IMG/VR virus record: IMGVR_UViG_3300007511_000004
Span: 32,001 to 96,000 of that record
DNA from: a virus
Reading direction: 5' to 3' (one strand)
DNA length: 64,000 nt
This document shows, in pieces, positions 20,092 to 29,196 of the stretch (positions are counted from its first letter, which is position 1; every line of letters begins with the position of its first letter). The notes under the pieces are model-generated. The model searched no databases. It was not told the DNA's origin and saw only the letters and a program-made list of their open reading frames with translations. The translations under genes were made by a program, and so were the position numbers.

Positions 20092-21052
20092 AAACCTCAC
20101 TTAAAAAACATGTATCTTGAGTTCTGAAACTTTGGATGTGGTTTGATAAAAAACATCCCATATTACAATACTGGAAGTGTGCACATTCAAGACAGTTGTA
20201 TTGTTTGAACCATTTCTCTTCCATCTCAAATTTGGATGGTTGATAATTCCGTTTTAGATCTTTTACTAGAATTGTACATGGGCCTGATGTTCCATCGGGT
20301 AAAATGGTAACAGTATCCATGCAGGTCATTTGCTTCTTTACCTTGTTTTGCATATCGTTAAAGGGTAGAACCTTTGGATACTTATCCAGCATGTATAGTA
20401 TAAAATCCCGAAGCATAATATCATTAGGTAGGAAGGTATCCATATTAGCTTCGGGCGTATAATAGTCAAAGTAGATACCAAATCGATCATAAAGGTAATC
20501 GAAAAACGGTACATCGTCTCTCATGAATTTCCGGATACTCGGCTTCGTCATAATGACATTCACCGATTTAATATAATCCCTATACCTTCTTACATTCTCC
20601 TGGAATATCGGAAAGGTGGTCTTATTGAATCGGGCAGAAGGGTCGTAACTAGTTAATAAAGTAACCGGATCCGATCCTAACATTATATCGAATCTTTCGG
20701 TGTTTGTAAATACGAAGTTAGTAGTAAAACAAATTTCTAGATTAATACCTTCGCTGAATGCCCAATTATTTAATTCACGTATGACCTTACCGTAATCCTG
20801 AAATACCCTATCAGGTAAAGCGTCAGCGAAGACCTCTCCGCCCATAAAATGTACACTATAGTCCTCTCGGGGTAAACTCTTAATCCGACCCTTGATTATA
20901 TCGATCTTTTCTAGAATGGTATCGATACCGAAAAAACTATTATGGTCCTGACTGCAGAATTTACAATTCAGATCGCAATATTCGAAGAGAGTGACGATGA
21001 TCTCTCCAGTCTTACCCCTTTTACCCGTCCGGCTTATTACATCAATTGACAT
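20063..21052 (-). CDS. radical SAM/SPASM protein (2 of 4)
   Basis: CDLNCKFC, MGGE, C-terminal C...PC...CLECAHFQYCNMGC...C. Confidence 0.9.
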   Translation of the reverse strand: MSIDVISRTGKRGKTGEIIVTLFEYCDLNCKFCSQDHNSFFGIDTILEKIDIIKGRIKSLPREDYSVHFMGGEVFADALPDRVFQDYGKVIRELNNWAFSEGINLEICFTTNFVFTNTERFDIMLGSDPVTLLTSYDPSARFNKTTFPIFQENVRRYRDYIKSVNVIMTKPSIRKFMRDDVPFFDYLYDRFGIYFDYYTPEANMDTFLPNDIMLRDFILYMLDKYPKVLPFNDMQNKVKKQMTCMDTVTILPDGTSGPCTILVKDLKRNYQPSKFEMEEKWFKQYNCLECAHFQYCNMGCFLSNHIQSFRTQDTCFLSEVYDVVHPDTR

Positions 21053-21578
21053 TCTTGAATACCATATTACAAACCAAACTGATCCGGGTATCTTCTCCTA
21101 GGTATGGAGTTACTTCGTGCCAGATGTAATAAGGAGCTGCGATCAATAATCCGGTTTTTGGCTCTATCTCAACATAAGGTTCTCGACAGAATGATTTCCG
21201 ATTAGTGAACCTCGGGTCGTACAGTCTCAGCTTACCGCCTTCCTCTGATTCGTTTGAATAGTAAACGGCAAAGGCATCTATCTGATCATGGGTATGACAG
21301 GATTTGAAGTCCCCACGATCCATCGGATTGATGATATTAAAAGAATCCATATCATAGTCGGGTGGATGGTCATAGTGGAAACATAGTGCATCGAAAGCTG
21401 ATTTAAAGCGCTCGCGGATAGTTCTCATATTATCAGAGACCCACAAATCCACATTATAGTCAGCGGGTTTCGTTGGAAGAGTGGCGATAATAGCCTTGGA
21501 GGTATTTAAGATATCCTTATTAAACTCGTCGCTATCATCATATTGTTTAGTGTATATAAAGGATTCAAATTCTATCAT
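21042..21578 (-). CDS. putative 2OG-Fe(II) oxygenase (TIGR02466-like)
   Basis: HTH...GGKLRLYDPR...WHEV...RISLVCN. Confidence 0.8.
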   Translation of the reverse strand: MIEFESFIYTKQYDDSDEFNKDILNTSKAIIATLPTKPADYNVDLWVSDNMRTIRERFKSAFDALCFHYDHPPDYDMDSFNIINPMDRGDFKSCHTHDQIDAFAVYYSNESEEGGKLRLYDPRFTNRKSFCREPYVEIEPKTGLLIAAPYYIWHEVTPYLGEDTRISLVCNMVFKNVN

Positions 21579-22705
21579 AACCTAAAATTATTCAATTCTC
21601 CACTATTAGCATTTTTCAATTTATAGATGTAGTTTAGGAATAATACATTTACCTTCAATCGATCTTCACATTCGAATGCCGAAGTGGAAAGGGGCTTCAG
21701 TTCTTCCGCCATGATCGAACCAATTCCCGCAGTGTCGATATACCCCAGTGACAGAGAATCGTATACAGCATCCATTATAGTATCAGATAGATTTTCCTCG
21801 AATGGGGTTTGGCTATTCTGGGTAACTGCTTGCATCATTTCAGATCGGATTGTCGAGAATCGGATATTAGGATGACGGTTTACATAATCGACTCTGTGGT
21901 ACTTTCCTTCATCATCGAATAACCAGCGGGTTCTATCATTAGTATCCTTAAGCGCTATTAGATCATCTTCAGCATTCACATCACTGATCCCGAGAACCCC
22001 TTGGACCCAGCTTTTATAGATGTTATAGAATAGGTGAGATTTGAGGAACTGAACCTCCTCGTTACATTTCTTACCCAATAGTTTTAACATCTTCTTTCCG
22101 AGGCTACCATTATGATCAGACCCGCTTGCGAGGTAATTTGCAATTAAGAACTCCACCCCGATATTAGGAATAATCTCCGATCGTAATACCGAATAATCTG
22201 CCCATGATAGATCTAACGTTATGGCATTCCACTTAGTGATAAATTCAGACTTACTTAGATAAGTAATCCCCTTAGCATTATTCTTTTGTTTTTCCAGCCC
22301 ATCGTTTGCGCCCCATAGAAAAGTAGTGGTATTTTCTAACTGGGAATTGAGACTGAATGTATTATAAATCTTCCATGCTATATCAACATGTAAAGTTTCA
22401 AATAGTAGCTTTATGAATTTAATAATTATCTTATCATAATTATCACGATTGACGTGGATATTCACTGTACCTTTATTCTTAAGCGCAGTAAAGAAATCTT
22501 TATCATTATCATATGGGGCGTCATCCCCGGTCCACAGTTCCTCTAGGTCGTCTACATTGTGCATCTGGGCCTTCAGATCCCTCCAGGCAGTCTTCAAATC
22601 TTCGAGGAAGATGGAGTTTAAATTAGGGGTAATAACCATGTTATCGACATTATTGTCCATTAAGTAATCGTACTTAACGTAAACTTTATCAAAGAGCAGA
22701 AACAT
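21575..22705 (-). CDS. hypothetical protein (376 aa)
   Basis: Long ORF overlapping its operon neighbours; no recognisable motif. Confidence 0.65.
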   Translation of the reverse strand: MFLLFDKVYVKYDYLMDNNVDNMVITPNLNSIFLEDLKTAWRDLKAQMHNVDDLEELWTGDDAPYDNDKDFFTALKNKGTVNIHVNRDNYDKIIIKFIKLLFETLHVDIAWKIYNTFSLNSQLENTTTFLWGANDGLEKQKNNAKGITYLSKSEFITKWNAITLDLSWADYSVLRSEIIPNIGVEFLIANYLASGSDHNGSLGKKMLKLLGKKCNEEVQFLKSHLFYNIYKSWVQGVLGISDVNAEDDLIALKDTNDRTRWLFDDEGKYHRVDYVNRHPNIRFSTIRSEMMQAVTQNSQTPFEENLSDTIMDAVYDSLSLGYIDTAGIGSIMAEELKPLSTSAFECEDRLKVNVLFLNYIYKLKNANSGELNNFRL

Positions 22706-23432
22706 ACTCTAATTCCTTTTGCATTTGGTGTTGAAAGTCTTCATGGATAATTTCCCCTGATGAGACCCCATATGTTAACATAGCCATGAAATTATTAGGA
22801 GTAGTCCAATAGTAAAACATATTTTTACCTTTGAACATCGGTTCGTTGAATTGTTTTTCCATATAGTATACTGGGATATCTAATGCGAGGATGGCCTGAG
22901 CCTCCTCCCATTCATACATTTTTACATAATTTACCCCAATGTAATCATAGTCGTCAATTGTCTCAAACTCGTTCTTTGCTGCTTCCCGTATCGCTTCATC
23001 ATTAATGGTAGTTACATTAAAAACTGACCCGGAAGCAATAGCGGTTAGCCACCTATTAATTATTTCAGGATTCTCTGATCGGAATTCCGCCATCTCATCA
23101 TCATTTAGAATATATTCAATATCGTAAATCTCGTCGATCCATTCGAACCCGGCTTCTTGATAGAGCATTTTAAGTACGGTCAATTCGGAATGAACCGAGT
23201 TAATGATCAACCTATGGTTCATATAGACCAGAATATAGTTTTTACGATCAGCTAATGATACCTTATCCCAGCCAACTATATTACAGGGGATATCCAGATT
23301 GCTGACGTAGGTAATCAACTTATCTTCTTTTAATATGCTTTCGCTATAATCAATATTAAAGATGATACTATCATCATTAAAATACTCCTTCAATTCCTCC
23401 ATGGGAATAGGAGCCACAGTATCTTTTATCAT
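22689..23432 (-). CDS. hypothetical protein (247 aa, acidic)
   Basis: ORF immediately downstream of the candidate precursor; no recognisable motif. Confidence 0.65.
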   Translation of the reverse strand: MIKDTVAPIPMEELKEYFNDDSIIFNIDYSESILKEDKLITYVSNLDIPCNIVGWDKVSLADRKNYILVYMNHRLIINSVHSELTVLKMLYQEAGFEWIDEIYDIEYILNDDEMAEFRSENPEIINRWLTAIASGSVFNVTTINDEAIREAAKNEFETIDDYDYIGVNYVKMYEWEEAQAILALDIPVYYMEKQFNEPMFKGKNMFYYWTTPNNFMAMLTYGVSSGEIIHEDFQHQMQKELEYVSAL

Positions 23433-23435
23433 AAT

Positions 23436-24011
23436 TTATCTACGTCCTCTTGAAGTGTGACAGTCGTAATGACAACTATAATGACAGGTATCAATGTCTC
23501 GGGTGAGGGCGGAATCCCTTACATTCCGATATGCGGTTCGTACTGATGACAGATACGATTCCATTTCACTGGAGGATATGGTCCTACCAGAATTCACTGT
23601 ACTGGAATACCCTGGCGCGGATACGGATGATCGAGCATTGTATGTTCCGGATGTGGGCTGATACGCTTTAGCAGTACTATCAATCTGCAACTCACTAGTA
23701 CCATTGTTATCGAAATATCTTCGAGCCCGCATATTCCTCATATGGGTCCAGTCAGTTGCGCCGGTGACCATCCCAGTCCGGACTGTCGAAGCAGTAATAG
23801 TTCCCCCGGAAGAACCTAGATCATTATCTGACATATATCCAGTGCTGCTAGGTAAAGATGCAGTAGAACCCCCGAACCGATCGTTAGGCATTTCGGAAAA
23901 AGGTTTACTGTTAGTCCCCCATGATACTGAGGCTTTCGCGTCGGCCGCAACATAATCCTGCCATCTCTTACGAACGTTACTTCGACTGATATTATTTGTT
24001 AAGGATACCAT
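23436..24011 (-). CDS. Ser/Thr-rich protein with C-terminal CHxxCHxxCH repeat; candidate substrate/precursor of the radical SAM cluster
   Basis: Ends DTCHYSCHYDCHTSRGRR; all three of its Cys residues lie in this tail; sits directly after the first rSAM gene. Confidence 0.65.
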   Translation of the reverse strand: MVSLTNNISRSNVRKRWQDYVAADAKASVSWGTNSKPFSEMPNDRFGGSTASLPSSTGYMSDNDLGSSGGTITASTVRTGMVTGATDWTHMRNMRARRYFDNNGTSELQIDSTAKAYQPTSGTYNARSSVSAPGYSSTVNSGRTISSSEMESYLSSVRTAYRNVRDSALTRDIDTCHYSCHYDCHTSRGRR

Positions 24012-24012
24012 A

Positions 24013-25035
24013 TTAAATCCTGTCGATCTGTTTATTTGTATTTATGTCTTTTAACAACATCATTAGAGTTTTCGGGGAGGGACATGTATCACCTTCCCAT
24101 TCTAATTGATGGCAATCTGATCCACACACGTCGAATACCGGGCATTCGAAACAAGCGGGGTTTCGATTCAATTCCTTCATTATAATACTACATCTGCCGT
24201 TTGATTTTAAAACTTCAGACGCAGGCTGATTTATATGCCCATATGCGTTTTGGGGAGCGGTATTAGGGCATCCAGCAATTGAACCATCAGCATTAATAGT
24301 AATTAACTTTTGTTCACAGTCTCGACACCAGGTACCTTGGCTCGGATTGTTTTTCTCGAACTTGGCGTAAATATTCTCCATGATTACATGATATATGGAA
24401 TCCCGGTCATTCAATTGATTGTGGTATCTAACAAACCAATTATCGATCTCTTTATTCGAAGGCCATAATCCGGAATTAAGCTTGGCGTTGCCATCCATAG
24501 TAATCCGCTCAAAGTCTAATTCATGGATACCGAGACTTGACATGTAGGCAATGATCTGCTTCGGTGGCATATCTAGAACAGATTTACTCATACTAACGAA
24601 GCATTTAACAGTATATCCCATACCCACTAATAATTTGACATTATCCTCCCATAATCTTCGCTGTTTTACATTGGCGAATCTGATAGTAGGATCCCAAGAA
24701 GTACCGATGCGCTTATTGAGAACATCCTCAAAGAATTTGAGCTTCTCTTCGGTGAGTTTATACGTAAGGTTTGATGTGATACCATAATTATCCCCATCGG
24801 TCAATTCAACGAATCTTCGCAACGAGGACACGGGCGCGAGCATTGGCTCACCACCATGAAACTCATACCAAATAGAATCTGCAGTTAATTGATTAACCCA
24901 GGCTGCAGTTGCCTCGGGATCGAAGTAGATCTTCTGACCAGAAATCCCAGAAGTGAAACAATGAGAACAATTGAGATTACAGGTCTCAGTTGTTTTCACA
25001 TAAACGGATAAGCGTTTCGGTGTCGTTAATTGCAT
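24013..25035 (-). CDS. radical SAM/SPASM protein (1 of 4)
   Basis: KTTETCNLNCSHC, FHGGEP, full SPASM CRDC...GCP...CFECPVFDVCGSDC...CP. Confidence 0.92.
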   Translation of the reverse strand: MQLTTPKRLSVYVKTTETCNLNCSHCFTSGISGQKIYFDPEATAAWVNQLTADSIWYEFHGGEPMLAPVSSLRRFVELTDGDNYGITSNLTYKLTEEKLKFFEDVLNKRIGTSWDPTIRFANVKQRRLWEDNVKLLVGMGYTVKCFVSMSKSVLDMPPKQIIAYMSSLGIHELDFERITMDGNAKLNSGLWPSNKEIDNWFVRYHNQLNDRDSIYHVIMENIYAKFEKNNPSQGTWCRDCEQKLITINADGSIAGCPNTAPQNAYGHINQPASEVLKSNGRCSIIMKELNRNPACFECPVFDVCGSDCHQLEWEGDTCPSPKTLMMLLKDINTNKQIDRI

Positions 25036-25456
25036 ATGAAACCATTAATGCCTTTTTATCGTTGATTGCCCGATGCCGGACGTTTGCCGGGATTAGTAGG
25101 GTCTCTCCAGGATGAATCGTATACACCTTACCCTCGACCTCCATCACTTTCTCTCCATCATGACATTCTATGTGAACATCATGTGGATCTGTATGCTCTT
25201 TGAATGTAGTACCATGTGCCGGATTGTAGAAGAAATGCATAGTTCTATCGTTTAGTTGATACAATCTTTCCATCTGCTCAACCTTAATAGTGCATTGACC
25301 CTCTGCTATAATAACCCCCAGTCGGGCTAAATATCCACAAAAGTCCAGATCACTATTAAGATAATGTTGAAGGCCGTCTCTATCTATATACGACACATCA
25401 TGATTTAGGTAGCACTCGGGAGAGTCTACGAAATTAAAAAAGTCTTTGAAAAACAT
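24986..25456 (-). CDS. cupin/JmjC-like oxygenase
   Basis: HTD...PGETLLIPANVRHRA cupin motif. Confidence 0.7.
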   Translation of the reverse strand: MFFKDFFNFVDSPECYLNHDVSYIDRDGLQHYLNSDLDFCGYLARLGVIIAEGQCTIKVEQMERLYQLNDRTMHFFYNPAHGTTFKEHTDPHDVHIECHDGEKVMEVEGKVYTIHPGETLLIPANVRHRAINDKKALMVSYAINDTETLIRLCENN

Positions 25457-25457
25457 T

Positions 25458-25465
25458 CATAAATA
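25458..25465 (+). promoter_or_regulatory. late promoter variant CATAAATA upstream of the GT25/PLOD-like gene
   Basis: Same variant as before gp18 and before the 6972 block. Confidence 0.4.
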
Positions 25466-25486
25466 TTCCTGTATGTGCTACGTATA

Positions 25487-25520
25487 ATTATATCAGGTTT
25501 ATCTACATTTGTAAACCCCC
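25487..25520 (-). promoter_or_regulatory. sigma70-type phage early/middle promoter driving the radical SAM operon
   Basis: Minus strand reads GGGGG-TTTACA-N17-TATAAT with TG extended -10. Confidence 0.8.
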
Positions 25521-25532
25521 TTGGAGAATATT

Positions 25533-27458
25533 ATGAGAAAAATTTGTATAAATCTTAAATCGCGCCGGGATAGACGAACTCGGATCAATACTGAGATAGC
25601 TCCTAAAATTGGTGAGATTGAGTTCATTACCGCTGTAGACGGTAAAACCGCTGACTTCAGTTCACCTATTAATAATACCAACTTTTCTTCCAAGAAGGGG
25701 TGGCGAGATCCATTCTCCCGACGGCCTATTACGGTTGGTGAAATGGGATGTTTTGCTTCCCATTTTAAAGCGTGGGAAATGGTCTTAGAAGCGGCTGAGC
25801 CTTGCATTATATTTGAAGATGATATCGATATTAACTGGGACCTTTGGGATGAATCGAAGCTCGAAGAAATCATGAAGGTGAATAAGGGGGATATTAGCCT
25901 TCTTCTCTTGGGATATAATGAAAATGAACCGGAAAATGTTATCCAACATCCAGAGTATGATAATGTTATCATTCCGGCCTACCCCTACAATGCACACGCT
26001 TACATATTGAATCCCCACGCAGCACAGTGGATGGTTGCATGCGAAATCAATAAGGAAGTTATCCCTGTTGATGAATTCATTTCAGATATGAGAAGGGAAT
26101 ATGGCAAAAACGTCAGAGCGCTAGATACCAATTGGGTCAATCAATTACCTAGATCTGAGTGGGGGAGTAATATAGAACCACAATCTGATCAGGATTGGTT
26201 TATTGATTTTGGTATGCACGCCGTAACAGTTGGCACGGATACCACTCGATGCAATAAGTTAATGTCCAGCGCTACCATAAATGGGTTTGATGTAAAGAAC
26301 CTCGGGATCAATAAAAAATGGACTGGTGGCGATATGACAGTAACTGGCGGGGCGATGAAGATCCGCTTACTACGAGAATATCTTACCAAATTAAAACCCC
26401 ATGACGTGGTTCTGTTTACGGATGCCTATGATGTATTTTACACGGGTTCATTGGAAGAGATCGTCCGCCGATATTTAGATACAAAGTTTGATATTCTATT
26501 TGCCGGAGAGAACAACTGCTGGCCCGATGAATCTTTAGGAGATCTGTTCCCCGATACTATTTCTGAATACAAGTATCTGAACAGTGGTACCTTTATAGGC
26601 ACGTCGAGTGCTATATTGCAGCTAATTCAATCAGATGTTCCTGATGATTATGATGATCAGCTCTATTATCAACAAAGGGTATTGAATATCCCTATCAATA
26701 ATCAGCATATCCAGGACCACGGTTTAACTATTGGATTAGATGTTGAACAATACATCTTTACCACCTATGATCCTGAATGTTACGTATTGAATAATCAGGT
26801 CTTTAATCCCAAGACGCATTGTTACGGATTAGTGTATCACGGAAACGGAGGGACCGAGGCAAAGGAAGACTTTGCACGGAAATACGATCAGATATTTAAA
26901 CCTTCCACTGCTTTGTATATCCCATCCATGGGAAAGTTTGATATACTTGAAAAGGATATGCTACTTGTTGATTTCATGACAAGTGATCAATGTGAACAGT
27001 TAATTGAAATTGCTGATGGGCACGGGGAATGGGAGCCATTACCTGGAGATAAATTCCCAGCCTATGAAATTCGAATGAAAGAATTGGGCCTATGGAATGA
27101 TCTCCTTAAACATTGGGAAGAAAATCTCTATCCTATTATCGAGAAGCATTGGTGGCCAATTCAAATGTATGGTTTGAGAGATGCCTTTGTAATGAGGTAT
27201 TCAGTTGATACACAGAAATCTCTCGCTATGCACCATGATGCAAGTCTTGTTACGGCTTCAGTTAAGTTGAATGATAATTATAAAGGGGCGGTATTAGAAT
27301 TTCCTCGGCAGGGTATCAGTAATGCGGATATCCCACCAGGTAAGGCAATATTATTTCCGGGTATGGTTACCCACGGACATGAATGCACTACCTTACAAGA
27401 GGGGGTTAAATATAGCCTTACTATGTGGTCAAGTCGCTATACTGGAGATGAAAATTAA
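25533..27458 (+). CDS. multidomain collagen-modifying enzyme: GT25 (COLGALT-like) + PLOD-type glycosyltransferase + lysyl-hydroxylase-like 2OG-Fe(II) domain
   Basis: INLKSRRDRR/AVDGK/GEMGCFASH/FEDD (GT25); WTGGDM...FTDAYDV...CWPD...YLNSGTFIG (PLOD GT domain); FVMRY...HHDAS...THGH (PLOD hydroxylase). Confidence 0.85.
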   Translation: MRKICINLKSRRDRRTRINTEIAPKIGEIEFITAVDGKTADFSSPINNTNFSSKKGWRDPFSRRPITVGEMGCFASHFKAWEMVLEAAEPCIIFEDDIDINWDLWDESKLEEIMKVNKGDISLLLLGYNENEPENVIQHPEYDNVIIPAYPYNAHAYILNPHAAQWMVACEINKEVIPVDEFISDMRREYGKNVRALDTNWVNQLPRSEWGSNIEPQSDQDWFIDFGMHAVTVGTDTTRCNKLMSSATINGFDVKNLGINKKWTGGDMTVTGGAMKIRLLREYLTKLKPHDVVLFTDAYDVFYTGSLEEIVRRYLDTKFDILFAGENNCWPDESLGDLFPDTISEYKYLNSGTFIGTSSAILQLIQSDVPDDYDDQLYYQQRVLNIPINNQHIQDHGLTIGLDVEQYIFTTYDPECYVLNNQVFNPKTHCYGLVYHGNGGTEAKEDFARKYDQIFKPSTALYIPSMGKFDILEKDMLLVDFMTSDQCEQLIEIADGHGEWEPLPGDKFPAYEIRMKELGLWNDLLKHWEENLYPIIEKHWWPIQMYGLRDAFVMRYSVDTQKSLAMHHDASLVTASVKLNDNYKGAVLEFPRQGISNADIPPGKAILFPGMVTHGHECTTLQEGVKYSLTMWSSRYTGDEN

Positions 27459-27466
27459 TATAAATA
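27459..27466 (+). promoter_or_regulatory. T4 late promoter TATAAATA
   Basis: Exact consensus 35 bp upstream of gp13. Confidence 0.8.
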
Positions 27467-27500
27467 GAAGTAAATATAGTATAAACTAATAGGATCTCAA

Positions 27501-28253
27501 ATGGCAGTAACCTCTAGATCAGCTTTATCAGATTACGCACTAAGAAAGTTAGGTTCTCCGGTGATCGAGATTAATGTCGATCCAGACCAAATTGAGGATC
27601 GCATCGATGAAGCGCTGGAAAAATATCGGGAATTCCATGCCGATGGAACGGTAAGGACTTTCGTTAAACATCAGATGTCCGCGGCGGATATCACGAATGG
27701 ATACATAACTCTATCCTCGGATATCATCTCAGTCACTAGAATGTTTTCCCTCACTTCTTCATTCCAAACTTCGAGGAACTTCTTCGATGTTAAGTATCAA
27801 ATGATGCTCAACGATATTACTGATATGCAGAGTTACGTTGGAGGTCTGGCTTTCTATGAACAAACCCAACAGTACCTTTCCATGTTGGACATGAAGTTAA
27901 ATGGTGCACCAACTACTACATTTGCACGTAGACAGAACAGACTCTACATCCATGGGGATACAGTTGATGGCGATCTCGTTGAGGACGATTATGTCGTACT
28001 AGAGGCTTATGCGATTGTCGATGGCACTACATATACCTCTGTTTGGGATGATATGTGGCTCAAGAAATTCGCCACGGCTCTTATTAAAAGACAGTGGGGC
28101 AACAATATGCTAAAATTCGAGGGTATGCAATTACCGGGCGGGGTCACCTTAAATGGCAGACAGATCTACGACGACGCGATCCAGGAGATTGAGAAACTAG
28201 AGGAAGACTTGAGACTGACCTATGAGCTTCCTGCAGATATGATGATAGGCTAA
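27501..28253 (+). CDS. gp13: neck protein gp13
   Basis: LRKLGSPVIEINVD...QWGNNM.KF.GMQLPGGVTLNG. Confidence 0.92.
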   Translation: MAVTSRSALSDYALRKLGSPVIEINVDPDQIEDRIDEALEKYREFHADGTVRTFVKHQMSAADITNGYITLSSDIISVTRMFSLTSSFQTSRNFFDVKYQMMLNDITDMQSYVGGLAFYEQTQQYLSMLDMKLNGAPTTTFARRQNRLYIHGDTVDGDLVEDDYVVLEAYAIVDGTTYTSVWDDMWLKKFATALIKRQWGNNMLKFEGMQLPGGVTLNGRQIYDDAIQEIEKLEEDLRLTYELPADMMIG

Positions 28254-28257
28254 TAAA

Positions 28258-29148
28258 ATGCGTAATCCGTATTTCAGATATGATGTAAGATCAGAACAAA
28301 ATCTTTTCGAAGATATCACTATTGAATCCTTGAAAATTTATGGTCAGGATATCTACTATCTTCCACGCGATATTATTGCTGAAGATAAGATCTTAGGTGA
28401 AGACGTCACTTCTAGGTTTAACTCGTCATATAAAGTTGAGATGTACATCGAGAACACTGATGGCTTTGATGGAGAGGGAGATCTATTCACCCGATTCGGT
28501 ATCGAAATTCGGGATCAGGCAACCTTCGTTGTTTCTCGTAAGAGGTGGCAACAGACGGTTCAGAGGTATGATAATGATATCAATGCTCCTCGGCCCGCAG
28601 AAGGGGATTTACTTTATATCCCATTTTCCCGTAAGTTATTTCAGATCATGCACGTTGAGCATGAACAGCCATTCTATCAGTTAACCAACCTTCCGACATA
28701 TTCACTACGTTGTGAACTATTCGAGTATAACGGAGAAGATTTCGATACTGACGTAGAGGTTATCGATTCCATTGAGCGGGATTATGCGTATACCTATATG
28801 CTTACCCTTAACGATAGCGCTCAATCTGGTACATTCGTATTAGGGGAAACTGCTAATATGACCCTTGCATCCGGTACTATTATCTCGGGTGAGGTATCTC
28901 GTTGGAGCGATTCGGATAATAAGCTGGGGCTTATCCACGTCGGAGCTAATGATGGTAACTATCACGTATTTGTTACGGATAGAAGTATTAGCGGTGCATC
29001 CTCTTCTGCAACAGGTACTGTAACGTTAGTAGAAGAAGAGGGTCTAATCAAAGCCGGATCAACTGATACTGAGCAGAACCAATATTTCGATAGTCTAGTT
29101 GATTTCTTGGACTTCTCAGAAAGCAATCCATTCGGAGATCCCGCATGA
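28258..29148 (+). CDS. gp14: neck protein gp14
   Basis: YYLPR...D.FTRFG.EIRD...EGDLLY.P...VEHEQPFYQL; ends NPFG. Confidence 0.92.
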   Translation: MRNPYFRYDVRSEQNLFEDITIESLKIYGQDIYYLPRDIIAEDKILGEDVTSRFNSSYKVEMYIENTDGFDGEGDLFTRFGIEIRDQATFVVSRKRWQQTVQRYDNDINAPRPAEGDLLYIPFSRKLFQIMHVEHEQPFYQLTNLPTYSLRCELFEYNGEDFDTDVEVIDSIERDYAYTYMLTLNDSAQSGTFVLGETANMTLASGTIISGEVSRWSDSDNKLGLIHVGANDGNYHVFVTDRSISGASSSATGTVTLVEEEGLIKAGSTDTEQNQYFDSLVDFLDFSESNPFGDPA

Positions 29149-29196
29149 CATTTAAAGTATTTTTAATAAACTTATCCAGAGTGTAGGAGCAGGAAT

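Noticed and set aside
13152-25456. Minus-strand operon as a 7-deazaguanine (que/dpd) or PQQ/mycofactocin pathway, or as an inserted mobile element
   Set aside because: No FolE/QueD/QueC/DpdA or PqqB/C-type genes are recognisable. No integrase, transposase or terminal repeats are seen, and it uses the phage's own promoter motif.
25499-25972. 157-aa minus-strand ORF upstream of the rSAM operon
   Set aside because: Antisense to the well-supported GT25 domain, and it ends inside the operon promoter.
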